DNA from: an uncultured Gammaproteobacteria bacterium | Lineage (GTDB): Bacteria; Pseudomonadota; Gammaproteobacteria; Arenicellales; JAANXG01 | Direction of reading: 5' to 3' | Length of the DNA: 64,000 bases | Assembly (NCBI GenBank): GCA_945787105.1 | Contig: CALZGZ010000120.1 | Location: 3,159-67,158, forward strand | The notes under the pieces: model-generated | What the model was told of the DNA's origin: nothing | Databases searched by the model: none | What the model saw: only the letters and a program-made list of their open reading frames with translations | Position numbers and translations under genes: made by a program | Shown: one piece after another, positions 1 through 10,007 of the stretch | Position numbering within the stretch: the first letter of the stretch is position 1 | Layout: the number at the start of each line of letters is the position of its first letter

Positions 1-2065
1 GTGGTTGCGCCTGATTGTGCAGATATTGGACGAAGTAGCTGCCGGTAACGTAACCTGGTTCTATGCTTGCCTGAATCTGATTGCGCGCGAAGTGGGCCGC
101 CAAGGCCTGGCGCCCGCACTCATGGCTCTGCGCGGCGGCGAAGTGTTTCGTGTTTGCAGGGTCACGATGGTACAGCACATCCGCGATGTGCCCGATGCTT
201 GCTTCCCCGAATTGGTCGAGGACTTTCAGTGTGAGATCATAAGTCTCACAGCCATTGACAGCGCCTATGCCCCCCAAGTCACGCCACGTATCGGCGCGTA
301 TGAGACAAAAGCGGCCTAGGTAAGGCACTGACCTCAACAGGTCCAAATTGAAATCGGGTTTAAACCTGGGATTATGGCGTTTGCCATCCACGTCGATTTC
401 ATCCTCATCCGTGTAAATGAGCCGCCAGTGCCGATGTAGGTCCATATACGCGGCACAGGTCATCAGCGAATGCGGAGACAAGCGGTCTCCGGGATCGAGA
501 ACTGCTACCCAGTTGCTCTTGGTTCTCTCCACGATGCGGTTTATGGCGCCTACTGGATCACCATGGTGAATGATGCTGCGCACCCGCTTGTGCGGCGCGT
601 CCGCCCGGCGGCGTGCGAATGCGCAGATGACGGTCAAGCGCCAGTTCTCGTATAGCTGGCCGCGCAACGACGCTACCGTCCTCGCCACTGCTGCATCGTT
701 TTCGTCCTCAACCACCATGAGCACCTCAATCTTGCGCCGAGACTGGGGCTTTTTTGCCGATCTCCCGGCACGGATCCGTCGATGAGGCTCCGGCCACGCA
801 TGTTTGTCCATCCACAATCGGTACAACTCCACAGAATCCGACTGCCCCGATGCAGCGTTGCGCAAACTCTGTTGGCGTCTTAATCGATCCAGCGTCAACG
901 CTCTGGTCTGCTGCACGGTGGCGTCAGTAACGGCATAGCGTCGGTAGATCTCTGCATACGGATCGGGAGATTCGTGTTCCGCGGCATACACCGGCTGATG
1001 GATCTCGACAGTGACCCTGGGCATGTGTGTAAACTCGAGCTGTGCGCTGTACCTGAGCAACAAGTCCCAATCTTCGCCAGCAGTTAGTTCTTGATCAAAG
1101 GCCCCCAATGCATCAACGCAAACCCGGCGGTGTGCGCAGGACGTGATCGGAATATAGTTTTGGATCAATAAATTATCCCGACTAAATTCGATACCTTGAA
1201 AGGGCAGATCGGTAAATACCGCAGTCCGTTGCCCATCCTTTACCGCCTCCGTTACCCACCGGGCATCCGTATACACAAAAACCGCTCGCGTCCCCTGCAT
1301 CAGCGCCACCACCGCGGACAGGTGATCCGGAAGATAGAGGTCTGTGGGATTCAAGTAACAGATGATCTCTCCACTGGCTGCATGTATAGCGGCGTTCCTA
1401 TCGGCCGCGGCATTGAAGGGCACACAACGATTGAGATGCAAAACCCGTCTACTGCCGCTGAATTCGGAGCTCGTCGGAACATCCGCACTTTCGTCGCCGA
1501 CGACAATGATCTCCCAGTTTTCATAGTCCTGCGCGAACACCGACCGCAGGGCGTGTCGCAAAAACAGTGCCTGGCCGTGCACAGGGATGACCACAGTGAC
1601 TAGGGGTTGTTCACCAAGCGGTGGCACCGACCTGATTTGGTCACGCGGCGAACGTCGGGACGCGGCCATCGATTTCTCATTACAGGACTGACCTTTGGAT
1701 TCGATCCCGCTAGGTCGTTGTGGTACCGTTTCAGTCGATCGTCGCTTGCGGTAGGCCGTGTGCAGATTCTCCGCGTCCTCGGTCAAACCGAGTTCACGCA
1801 GCAGCGTACACGCGTTGTTCACGAGTTCGGCATGCCCAGAAGATAACTCCAATCCCTGGACAAAGTGTTGCAACGCACGATTCGTGTCACCGAGTTGCAG
1901 AAAACACACGCCGAGGTTATTCAACGTCTCGGGATTCTCGTCATTGATCGCGAATGCGTGTTCAAACTTGACTACGGCTTCGGAAATTTCACCCCGTTCA
2001 AAAAGCAATTCACCTTCACGGTTCAATCGTGAACAGGTTTCTTTTGTCGTTTCGTTATTGTTCAT
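1..2065 (-). CDS. TPR-repeat + family-2 glycosyltransferase multidomain protein (N-terminal ~688 aa; C-terminus runs off the window start)
   Basis: Minus-strand frame is open from ATG at 2065-2063 down to base 1. It is absent from the ORF track, presumably because it has no stop inside the window. My translation gives MNNNETTKETCSRLNREGELLFERGEISEAVVKFEHAFAINDENPETLNNLGVCFLQLGD (TPR-like), then PLVTVVIPVHGQALFLRHALRSVFAQDYENWEIIVVGDES (GT2 signature), then WVAVLDPGDRL...LIYTDEDEIDVDGKRHNPRFKPDFNLDLLRS. I checked the frame at three separate positions (codons at 1603, 370 and 319). The last block parallels aa ~965-1025 of the protein at 28374-33710. Confidence 0.8.
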   Translation of the reverse strand, partial: MNNNETTKETCSRLNREGELLFERGEISEAVVKFEHAFAINDENPETLNNLGVCFLQLGDTNRALQHFVQGLELSSGHAELVNNACTLLRELGLTEDAENLHTAYRKRRSTETVPQRPSGIESKGQSCNEKSMAASRRSPRDQIRSVPPLGEQPLVTVVIPVHGQALFLRHALRSVFAQDYENWEIIVVGDESADVPTSSEFSGSRRVLHLNRCVPFNAAADRNAAIHAASGEIICYLNPTDLYLPDHLSAVVALMQGTRAVFVYTDARWVTEAVKDGQRTAVFTDLPFQGIEFSRDNLLIQNYIPITSCAHRRVCVDALGAFDQELTAGEDWDLLLRYSAQLEFTHMPRVTVEIHQPVYAAEHESPDPYAEIYRRYAVTDATVQQTRALTLDRLRRQQSLRNAASGQSDSVELYRLWMDKHAWPEPHRRIRAGRSAKKPQSRRKIEVLMVVEDENDAAVARTVASLRGQLYENWRLTVICAFARRRADAPHKRVRSIIHHGDPVGAINRIVERTKSNWVAVLDPGDRLSPHSLMTCAAYMDLHRHWRLIYTDEDEIDVDGKRHNPRFKPDFNLDLLRSVPYLGRFCLIRADTWRDLGGIGAVNGCETYDLTLKVLDQFGEASIGHIADVLYHRDPANTKHFAAAQSHECGRQALAAHFARNQIQASIEPGYVTGSYFVQYLHNQAQP

Positions 2066-2306
2066 GTACCAAGGGCACTAGAACGCAAAAAATGGGATTG
2101 GAGTGAACAACTCCGACCCCAGTTTTTCTTTAGATAGAAGCCCAAGTGCAGGCATCGGAGATCGAGTTCGGGCCGGGATAGCCCCGCCTTAAATGATACC
2201 AAGCAACCCGGAGAATCGGATGTCGCTGTTGCCCGCGGAAGACGCTTCGGGTGTCCCCGGTGTGTAGCCATGAATAGGGGCGGGACGCCTCGGTGCAAAA
2301 TGCGGG

Positions 2307-3503
2307 TTAGATGAACTGGAACAGGGACAGGTTCTGAATGCGGGCGAAACTTTGTTGAGCCACCTCCAAGGCAAGCAATTGCCGGTTCAAACGGCTCACC
2401 GCTTCCGCGAGATCGACGTCTTCGATATCCGATATCGATTGCTGGAGCTGAACGCTCATACCCGCATTCAAATTGGATTGGTCATCCAGGACATTGAGCC
2501 TGGCGCCGATTTCGGAGCGCGTGCCAGTTACCTTGTTTAGGACCTGATCCAGGTTGATCAACGCACGATTAACGCCCTGGGTCACTGCGGCCAAGTCGGC
2601 GTCGTCCGACACCGGGATCCTCAGAGCCGTGATGAGGTCGGACACCGTAGTAAACATATCCTGATTCTGGCTCGGCTCAATCGAGAAACTATCGCCTGAC
2701 GCAGGCGCACCTGTGATACGCACTTCGATACCGCTAAAATTGATAGTGTCATTGACAACATACGTCCCACTCGTCACCAACCCCCCTCCACCGTCACGAA
2801 CTTCGTAGGAGTTCGGTGTGATAAATGTGACGGAGTACGTATCCGGAATCCAGAGAGTCGGATCCATGACACTACCGTTGTCCATCACCCCCGATCCCAT
2901 ATTCAGCGCACTCGCACTCACCGTAAACGTGCCATTTCCGGTTCTAATGTCGCGGAAGATTTCCGCTCCCGAATCGGTGACTGGAATCTGTAGCGAAGGG
3001 CTGACCCGTAGATGGCGTTGACCTTCGTCGCCATTATAGTCAAAACCAGATCCCGAGTTCGGCGTAAACGACCGCGTACGGGCTTGAAATCCGGAAAAGA
3101 TGTATTCACCGTTGCTGGCCCTGGTATTGGCGAGCGCCAACAACTCGTTCAGCCGCTCATCAAGCTCCACGGCCATCACAAATCGTTCCTCGTCGGTCAA
3201 CGTACCATTGTTTGCCCCGACTGCGAGTTCACGAACACGCTGCAAAACGTCACTCACGTTCCCCAATACCGACTCCTCGAGAACGATAGAGTTGCGCGCG
3301 CTCATAATGTTTAATTCGTACTGCTCCGTTTGTGCGAGCATATCCCTCTTGTTGAGCGCCTTTGTGGCTCCCGTTGGATCGTCGGACGCCGTTAAGATCC
3401 GTTTCCCGGTGGCGACCTCAATTTGCGTACGGGCCGCACTCGATTGCTGTTTGAGGATCGCGTCCAGGCCCTGGGTAAAAATCTGCGAGGTACTAATGCG
3501 CAT
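2307..3503 (-). CDS. flgL: flagellar hook-associated protein 3 (hook-filament junction) FlgL
   Basis: 398 aa. N-terminus MRISTSQIFTQGLDAILKQQSSAARTQIEVATGKRILTASDDPTGA and a flagellin-like C-terminal helix. Starts 3 nt after the flgK stop. Confidence 0.9.
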   Translation of the reverse strand: MRISTSQIFTQGLDAILKQQSSAARTQIEVATGKRILTASDDPTGATKALNKRDMLAQTEQYELNIMSARNSIVLEESVLGNVSDVLQRVRELAVGANNGTLTDEERFVMAVELDERLNELLALANTRASNGEYIFSGFQARTRSFTPNSGSGFDYNGDEGQRHLRVSPSLQIPVTDSGAEIFRDIRTGNGTFTVSASALNMGSGVMDNGSVMDPTLWIPDTYSVTFITPNSYEVRDGGGGLVTSGTYVVNDTINFSGIEVRITGAPASGDSFSIEPSQNQDMFTTVSDLITALRIPVSDDADLAAVTQGVNRALINLDQVLNKVTGTRSEIGARLNVLDDQSNLNAGMSVQLQQSISDIEDVDLAEAVSRLNRQLLALEVAQQSFARIQNLSLFQFI

Positions 3504-3506
3504 GGC

Positions 3507-5465
3507 TTATCCCCTTACGGCAGCCAATAGTTCCTGAAAGATTTCATTGGCAACGACAATCACCCGTGCCGACGCTTGGTAGGCTTGTTGATAGCGAAGT
3601 AGGTCGGCCGCTTCCTCGTCCAGATTGACCCCCGAGAAAGATTCACGGGTTTCGAGAATAAAATCGCGAGCGCTCTGTTGCGTGTCGCGACTGATTTCCG
3701 TTTGCCTGGTCATCAACCCGCTGTCCCCCACCAGCTGAATGTAAGCGTCCTGGTAGGATGCGCTGCCATTGCTCAACGTCAAGGCATCGCGCAGTTCCGC
3801 CAACATCAATACGTTGCGATTATCTCCGACGCCGTTGATGTTGTCCTGCAGCACGAAGTAGTCGCCTGCAACGGGGATCCCGGAAATCGTGAATGAAAGG
3901 CCGCCGAACGGCGGCGCCAACACGAAAGTCTTGCCGGCACTCTCGGTAGCCGGATCATAGGCCAAGGTGCCGCCTGGACCCCCAGCGACAACAAAGCCCG
4001 GGACCCCGGCACCCATTGCGTCGGGATCAAACGTCAAGGTGATGTCGCCGCCGTTGGAAGACAATGGTATCGACGTTGTATCGGTCACAATCACGTTTGA
4101 AATCGCCCCGGTTCCAAGGTTCGCGGACACCGACTCGCCGCGTACCGGGGACGCTGCCGCGATCCTATCCGGATCGGTAATCGCTTGCGTGATCTGCCCC
4201 GCAACAGCACGTGTGGGTCTGACCAGAAATCGATAGTCATCACCGGCCACTGCACCGAGCGCTTGCACACTGATGCTCAACCCGTCGGCGACAAATGGAT
4301 CGGCATCGGTACCGGTGCCACTCATTGATACCGGCTGGCCGTTTGACTGGCGCGTCAGACTCCATACGGCACCATCGAATCGCAGCAAGTAGTCCGATAC
4401 GGTGAGCTGACCGACATCCGTAATTGTCACCGTCGGGCCACTGGCAGTGGTGTTTTGGGGATGCGGCAATAGCTCCGGACCGGCGGTGTTGAAAAACACC
4501 TGCCCCAGAACGCCATCCAGGTCCTGGCCAAGCTGATGCTGTTGATTGAACGTCTCGGCCAGCCCGATGGCTACACGGCCCAACCCGTTGAAAGCGGGAT
4601 CAAGCATTTGATCGCGAAACCCGAGCAAACCTCCAATGCGTCCGCCGGTCAGTGACTCGGTTATCTCGGTGCCAAACCCGACGGTCATCTCCAACCGTGA
4701 TGGATCGAGAGGGTTATTCGTCACCGAAAGCGGCTGACTCTCGAATCCAAGCACCAGCGATTGCCCGTTTCCAACAGACACCGAGACCGAGCCGTCATCC
4801 AGAGCGACGGTTGATACATCGACGAGTTTGGACAGCTCCAGGATCAATTGGTCACGTTTGTCTAACAGATCGTTGGGGGGCTGATTTGATGCCCGACTCT
4901 GCGCGAACACGATATCGCGATTTATCTTAGCGATGGAGTTTCCGAAGCTGTTGATTTCACTGACTACATTCCTAAGCTCGCCATTGAGTTCCGATCCGAT
5001 GCTTTGCAAGGCTTGATGAAGCAGGTGAAACTGGCCGACCAGCATTTGTCCGCTTCCAACCATGGCACTGCGTGCTGCGAGTGACGACGGGTCGTTGGCG
5101 ACGGTTTCCACCGCGCTGAAGAAATCGTTGAATGTTTGGTTCAAGCCGGTGTCGGGGTCGCCCAACACGGATTCGACACGGCGCGCGAATCCATACAGCA
5201 TGTCGAAATACTCAAACGTGCTGGTATTACTTCGTATCTCCACTTCAAGGAACTGGTCGCGCATGCGCTTCACGGTCGCGATGTCAACGCCATTACCAAT
5301 AAAACCGGCGGCACTGCCGCTCGTGGGCCGTGAAACCAGTTCGGCACGCTGGACGCTGTACCCTTCGGTGTTGACGTTTGCGATATTATGACTGGTCGTG
5401 GCCAGCGCGCGTTGAAACGTCAGCAGCGCAGAAACGCTATTTCCCAGTAAGTCACCAATTGCCAT
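3507..5465 (-). CDS. flgK: flagellar hook-associated protein 1 FlgK
   Basis: 652 aa. N-terminus MAIGDLLGNSVSALLTFQRALATTSHNIANVNTEGYS; C-terminal LDEEAADLLRYQQAYQASARVI axial-protein motif. Confidence 0.95.
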   Translation of the reverse strand: MAIGDLLGNSVSALLTFQRALATTSHNIANVNTEGYSVQRAELVSRPTSGSAAGFIGNGVDIATVKRMRDQFLEVEIRSNTSTFEYFDMLYGFARRVESVLGDPDTGLNQTFNDFFSAVETVANDPSSLAARSAMVGSGQMLVGQFHLLHQALQSIGSELNGELRNVVSEINSFGNSIAKINRDIVFAQSRASNQPPNDLLDKRDQLILELSKLVDVSTVALDDGSVSVSVGNGQSLVLGFESQPLSVTNNPLDPSRLEMTVGFGTEITESLTGGRIGGLLGFRDQMLDPAFNGLGRVAIGLAETFNQQHQLGQDLDGVLGQVFFNTAGPELLPHPQNTTASGPTVTITDVGQLTVSDYLLRFDGAVWSLTRQSNGQPVSMSGTGTDADPFVADGLSISVQALGAVAGDDYRFLVRPTRAVAGQITQAITDPDRIAAASPVRGESVSANLGTGAISNVIVTDTTSIPLSSNGGDITLTFDPDAMGAGVPGFVVAGGPGGTLAYDPATESAGKTFVLAPPFGGLSFTISGIPVAGDYFVLQDNINGVGDNRNVLMLAELRDALTLSNGSASYQDAYIQLVGDSGLMTRQTEISRDTQQSARDFILETRESFSGVNLDEEAADLLRYQQAYQASARVIVVANEIFQELLAAVRG

Positions 5466-5514
5466 TGAGCTTGCGTCTTCTCAAATCATCGCCCGGTCCG
5501 GGCCTTTGTTCGCG

Positions 5515-6582
5515 TTAAGTCGAAGCAGAGCCGGCTCCGTCAGGTTCAAGCTCCGCGATATTGCTCCGCATGATCGATTTAATCTTACTCGCATAGTTCG
5601 GATCGGTAGCAAATCCGGCCCGCTGCAGTGCGCCCGCAAAGGCTTCCGGTTCATCGGCAACCCTCAATACCTCGCGATAACGAGGATTGCCCTTCAGAAA
5701 GTTCACATAGTCGTCGAAACTCTCCGCAAACGAGTCGTAGGCCCTAAACGCCGCGGTCCTCGAAATGTACTGACCGTCGATGACCTCCCGCGTATGCGCA
5801 GTAATCTGCTCACCGTGCCAATTTCCGCCGGCCTTGATGCCAAAGAGATTGTGCGCACTGGTGCCGTCTGCGCGTTGCATTACGGAGCGCCCCCAGCCGG
5901 TTTCCAATGCCGCCTGCGCCAGCAACACGTTGGGGGACACACCGAGTTGCTCTCCGGCGCGTTCGGCCAAAGGCCACAGAGCGCGGACAAATGCTTCCTG
6001 TGAACCAGCGATTTCATGGGCGGACACATCGCTGTCTGCTTCACCGCTGCCGGGCTCCGGTGCGTGAATTGCCGGTCCGCGTCCAGCATTGTGCGTTTCG
6101 GTCTGCTTTGGAGTCTCATCAGCGCGATACAGGTTCTGGACATCTATGTATCGATTAACGGCATGGGTGGACGCGTTCTTTAGCGTTTGTGTCTCGCCGC
6201 GCTGAGATGGGTGTTCCCCCAAGCCGTTGTCGCCGCCGTACGAGCCCGTTTGCGCTCTCAGCTGGCGGGCAATGACATCGGCCAGGCCCAGGTTTTTACC
6301 ACTTACGCTCATAGTCAAGGCAATCTGCTGATCCAGCAGTCCCTGATAAAAACGACTCTGGTCGTTGTCCAGCAGGCCGTCGTCGAAACTGGTCTGCCGC
6401 ATCGCTTTGAGTGCAAACTGGAGGAATATGGACTCGAACTGCGATGCAATCTGCTCCACGGCCTGCGTCGATCCACTTCGCGCCATCGAGCGCAGTCCAT
6501 GAAAGCCGGAAAAATCCAGATAGAAGCGCGCCGTCGGATCAGCTTCGATCAAACTGTTTGTACCTCCGAGTCCTAACATCAC
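5515..6582 (-). CDS. flgJ: flagellar rod assembly protein / peptidoglycan hydrolase FlgJ
   Basis: 355 aa. N-terminal rod-binding region ([17 protein letters not shown]) and C-terminal glucosaminidase ([31 protein letters not shown]). Overlaps the flgI stop by 4 nt. Confidence 0.9.
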   Translation of the reverse strand: MMLGLGGTNSLIEADPTARFYLDFSGFHGLRSMARSGSTQAVEQIASQFESIFLQFALKAMRQTSFDDGLLDNDQSRFYQGLLDQQIALTMSVSGKNLGLADVIARQLRAQTGSYGGDNGLGEHPSQRGETQTLKNASTHAVNRYIDVQNLYRADETPKQTETHNAGRGPAIHAPEPGSGEADSDVSAHEIAGSQEAFVRALWPLAERAGEQLGVSPNVLLAQAALETGWGRSVMQRADGTSAHNLFGIKAGGNWHGEQITAHTREVIDGQYISRTAAFRAYDSFAESFDDYVNFLKGNPRYREVLRVADEPEAFAGALQRAGFATDPNYASKIKSIMRSNIAELEPDGAGSAST

Positions 6583-7682
6583 ATGACCACCAGCTTCGCA
6601 CGTAACGCCCCGGCTTCTCTCAACGCCTCCATAATGGCGACCAGGTCTCCCGGCGCGGCGCCAACTTCGTTGACGGCGCGAACAATCTCGTCCAGGGTGA
6701 CCCCGGGTTGAAATAGGAACATACGGTTTCCCTCTTCGCTGATTTCGATTTCGCTGCGCGGCACGACCACCGTATCACCCTCGGAGAATGGACGGGGTTG
6801 ACTGACGATAGGATCGCTGGTGATGGTCACCGTCAAATTGCCGTGGGAAACTGCCGCCGGGAGGACGCGTACGTGCTGACCGATTACCACCGTGCCGGTG
6901 CGCGCGTTGATGATGACCTTGGCCGGGGATTCCCCAGGATCGATGGTCAAATTCTCGACAACGGAGACAAACTCGACACGGCGGGCCGGGTCCACGGGGG
7001 TCATAACCTCAACGGTCGAACCGTCGATGGCTCGTGCCTGTCCCGCTCCAACCACGGCGTTGATCGTATCGGTCATGCGTTTAGCGGTGGTAAAATCCAT
7101 GTCGTGCAGCTGCAACACGAGGCGATCATTGAATACAAACGGACTCGGTACGCCGCGTTCCACAATAGCGCCGTTGGGAATTCGCCCGGCACTCGGTACG
7201 TTTACGGTGATGCTCGATCCATCGGCTTCGGCGCCAAAACCACTCACGATCAGCTCGCCCTGTGCAATCGCGTACACGCGACCATCGATACCCTTGAGGG
7301 GTGTCATTAGTAAGCTACCACCCCGCAGGCTCTTGGCATTACCCAGCGATGATACCGTCACATCGATGGTGTGGCCGGATTTTGCAAACGGCGGCAACGT
7401 GGCGTGAACGACTACCGCCGCGATATTTTTTGTTTGCGGATCCCTGTTCGGCGGCAGGTTGACTCCGAACTTCTTCAAGAAACTTTTGAGGCTCTGGGTC
7501 GTGAACGGGGTCTGACTGGTCTGATCACCACTCTGATCCAGACCCACCACCAGCCCGTATCCGATCAACTGATTCGTGCGCACGCCGGCGATATTGGCCA
7601 GATCCTTGATTCTTTCAGCCTTGGCGGGTACTGCCAACAGCGCTAGCACCACAAAACCTGTCCACATCCTTTTTCCTTTCAT
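6579..7682 (-). CDS. flgI: flagellar P-ring protein FlgI
   Basis: 367 aa. Signal peptide ([16 protein letters not shown]) followed by [26 protein letters not shown], typical of FlgI. Confidence 0.95.
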   Translation of the reverse strand: MKGKRMWTGFVVLALLAVPAKAERIKDLANIAGVRTNQLIGYGLVVGLDQSGDQTSQTPFTTQSLKSFLKKFGVNLPPNRDPQTKNIAAVVVHATLPPFAKSGHTIDVTVSSLGNAKSLRGGSLLMTPLKGIDGRVYAIAQGELIVSGFGAEADGSSITVNVPSAGRIPNGAIVERGVPSPFVFNDRLVLQLHDMDFTTAKRMTDTINAVVGAGQARAIDGSTVEVMTPVDPARRVEFVSVVENLTIDPGESPAKVIINARTGTVVIGQHVRVLPAAVSHGNLTVTITSDPIVSQPRPFSEGDTVVVPRSEIEISEEGNRMFLFQPGVTLDEIVRAVNEVGAAPGDLVAIMEALREAGALRAKLVVM

Positions 7683-7705
7683 TTCATTTCACCTTGGTAC
7701 CGGCG

Positions 7706-8416
7706 TCAGTACGGCCATATCGGGGACAGGAAGAAACGCGTTAACCAGCCCAACTTGCTCGCGCTCGCTACCGGACCCTTGCCTTGATATACGATCCGGG
7801 CATTGGCTACCTGGGTGGACAAAACGGTATTTTCAACGCTGACATCCTCAGGGCGGACTATCCCGGCGATCTGGATATACTCGTTGTCCTGATTGAGGCT
7901 GATCCACTTCTGACCACGAACGACCAGGTTTCCATTCAGTAACACGTTTGCCACCGTCACGGTAATTGTGCCGGTCATTGAGTTTCCCTGCTTGCGTTTT
8001 CCTTTCCCGCTAAATTCCTGTGACGATTTGAGCTCCTGGTCAAGGGTGAAGGTCGCGTTACCCCGGGGCAAGGTATAGCCGAACAACTTGGGACTATCGA
8101 TATCGATGTCATTTTCTTTACTGGTATTGGCCTCGGATTCGTTGTCGGCGCTGATCTCTTCGTTGAGAATGACGGTGATCACATCACCAACACCTCTCGC
8201 TCTGCGATCCTCAAACAAATACAGCCTCGTGTAACCCTCCCGGTAGATTGCGCCGTTGATCTGCGGTAGCGGTGTCGCCGTCTCGGGATACGTAACCTCG
8301 AAACCAGACTTCGGTTCGTAATAACTCGCGCACCCAGTCACGACCAGCACGGCCCCCACACACGTCAAACGAAGACATCGACGGACGCCCATCAAACCCG
8401 CTCCGCAAATCGTCAC
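7706..8416 (-). CDS. flgH: flagellar L-ring lipoprotein FlgH
   Basis: 236 aa. Lipobox LVVTGC. FlgH-like blocks [10 protein letters not shown] and [10 protein letters not shown]. The GTG start overlaps the flgG stop; an internal start (MGVRR) is possible. Confidence 0.9.
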   Translation of the reverse strand: MTICGAGLMGVRRCLRLTCVGAVLVVTGCASYYEPKSGFEVTYPETATPLPQINGAIYREGYTRLYLFEDRRARGVGDVITVILNEEISADNESEANTSKENDIDIDSPKLFGYTLPRGNATFTLDQELKSSQEFSGKGKRKQGNSMTGTITVTVANVLLNGNLVVRGQKWISLNQDNEYIQIAGIVRPEDVSVENTVLSTQVANARIVYQGKGPVASASKLGWLTRFFLSPIWPY

Positions 8417-9198
8417 AGGTTGTTGTTCACGTAAGCGAGCATTTGATCCGTCGCCGATATCGCCTTCGAATTCATTTCGTAGGCCCTTTGGGTTTCAATC
8501 ATATTGACCAGCTCCTCCACCACATTGACGTTGGAACTCTCCACCGACCCTTGGACCAACGTGCCCAAACCGTTCAGACCGGGGGTGCCGGTCTGTGGAG
8601 AACCGCTCGCCGCCGATTCCAGAAACAAGTTCTGACCAACTGCCTGTAACCCGGTCGGATTGATGAAATCCGCGAGCTGAATACTCCCGACCTGGGTTGT
8701 CGCCGCGGAACCTGGCGTCAGCACCGAGACGATGCCGTCGGAGCCCAAGGTTATGGTAATCGCGTTGTCCGAAACGGTAATACTGGGTTGTAACTGATAG
8801 CCGCCGGCGGTGACTATCTCGCCGTCCGCGTTGACCTGAAACGACCCATCCCGGGTATACGCGAGATTGCCGTCGGGGAGTAGGATCTGGAAAAAACCGC
8901 GCCCCTGTATCGCCATATCGAGTGGATTATCGGTTTGTTCGAGATTGCCCTGGCTGTGCAGTTTTTCGGTGGCGACCACGCGCACGCCGGTCCCCAGCGC
9001 GAGACCGGAGGGCAACTGCGTATCCTGCGAGGACTGCGCCCCAACCTGGCGGATGTTTTGATACAACAGATCCTCGAACACGGCGCGATCACGCTTGAAT
9101 CCCGTGCTATTCACGTTTGCGAGATTGTTGGAGATCACCGACATCCGCGTCTGCTGAGCATCCAATCCCGTCTTCGCGATCCACAGTGCTGGGTTCAT
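8413..9198 (-). CDS. flgG: flagellar distal rod protein FlgG
   Basis: 261 aa. [36 protein letters not shown]-terminus; C-terminal [24 protein letters not shown]. Confidence 0.95.
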   Translation of the reverse strand: MNPALWIAKTGLDAQQTRMSVISNNLANVNSTGFKRDRAVFEDLLYQNIRQVGAQSSQDTQLPSGLALGTGVRVVATEKLHSQGNLEQTDNPLDMAIQGRGFFQILLPDGNLAYTRDGSFQVNADGEIVTAGGYQLQPSITVSDNAITITLGSDGIVSVLTPGSAATTQVGSIQLADFINPTGLQAVGQNLFLESAASGSPQTGTPGLNGLGTLVQGSVESSNVNVVEELVNMIETQRAYEMNSKAISATDQMLAYVNNNL

Positions 9199-9239
9199 AA
9201 ATCTGCTCCTTTATTCGATCTGTTCGATGTTGCCGGGTG

Positions 9240-9980
9240 TTAACTTATCTGCATCAACTGGGTTGAGGCGCGATCGTTGTCCACGGCAATCTTCATGAGT
9301 TTGATCTGCATCTCGAATTGCCGCGATCGTTCGATAAGCCTGACCATTGCATCCACCGCATTGACATTACTGTTCTCCAGCGCGCCGATATCGAGCCGTA
9401 CGCCGCCATAAGCCGGTGCAATGCTACCGTCTTTGAGACGTATCAAACCGTCGACTCCCTTTGCCAGACTGTCCAGTGGCGGTTTCACCAGCTTGATTCG
9501 ACCGATGATAGCCAGGTTGGCGGGACCCTGGCCGCGTGGCTGGATGGAGATCGTGCCGTCGGGAGCGATCTCCAGCTTCTCGGATGGAGGTATGGCGATC
9601 GGCCCGGCGTCTCCGAGAACCGGATGCCCGGCGCCGGTTTGCAGCAGTCCGTTCGGGGTTAAGCGCAAGTCGCCGGCCCGCGTATACGCCTCTTTACCAT
9701 CCGCACCCTGAACCGCGATCCATCCCGCACCCTGAACCGCGATATCCAGGTCGCGACCGGTCCGTTGCAGACTGCCCGCTGACAAGTCGGCGACCGGTGG
9801 TTCGACGACGCCGTAGACACGCGTTGGATGGCCGGGTCCGAACACCGGCTTGCTGCGGAACGCCGTCAGATCGGCGCGAAATCCCGGAGTACTGACGTTC
9901 GCTAGATTTTGACTGGTCACCGCCTGGTCCAGCATCGCCTCAGTGGCACCGGTCATTGCGATGTAGATCATGTGATCCAT
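9240..9980 (-). CDS. flgF: flagellar proximal rod protein FlgF
   Basis: 246 aa. MDHMIYIAMTGA...SQNLANVSTPGFRADL; C-terminal ENSNVNAVDAMVRLIERSRQFEMQIK. Confidence 0.9.
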   Translation of the reverse strand: MDHMIYIAMTGATEAMLDQAVTSQNLANVSTPGFRADLTAFRSKPVFGPGHPTRVYGVVEPPVADLSAGSLQRTGRDLDIAVQGAGWIAVQGADGKEAYTRAGDLRLTPNGLLQTGAGHPVLGDAGPIAIPPSEKLEIAPDGTISIQPRGQGPANLAIIGRIKLVKPPLDSLAKGVDGLIRLKDGSIAPAYGGVRLDIGALENSNVNAVDAMVRLIERSRQFEMQIKLMKIAVDNDRASTQLMQIS

Positions 9981-10007
9981 GTCAAAACTCCTCGTTGCGG
10001 GTCAAGA

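Noticed and set aside
5-2081. Seven plus-strand ORFs of 61-135 aa from the track (5-319, 470-655, 570-785, 1196-1603, 1607-1846, 1720-1947, 1758-2081)
   Set aside because: All are antisense to the long open-ended minus-strand TPR-GT frame, which shows clear GT2 motifs. Their translations are R/S/P-rich and have no recognisable motifs.
5491-5503. Palindrome GCCCGGTCCGGGC between flgJ and flgK as a possible terminator or attenuator
   Set aside because: Allowing a minimal loop leaves only a 4-5-bp effective stem, with no clear U-tract on the transcribed strand. It is too weak to call.
9697-9743. Near-perfect 24-nt tandem repeat inside flgF (GCACCCTGAACCGCGAT twice, offset 24 nt), encoding IAVQGAGW/IAVQGADG
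   Set aside because: It is in frame and corresponds to the normal D-x-A-I-x-G-x-G-F-F-x-V motif region of rod proteins. I took it as ordinary internal similarity or a harmless duplication, not a repeat element.
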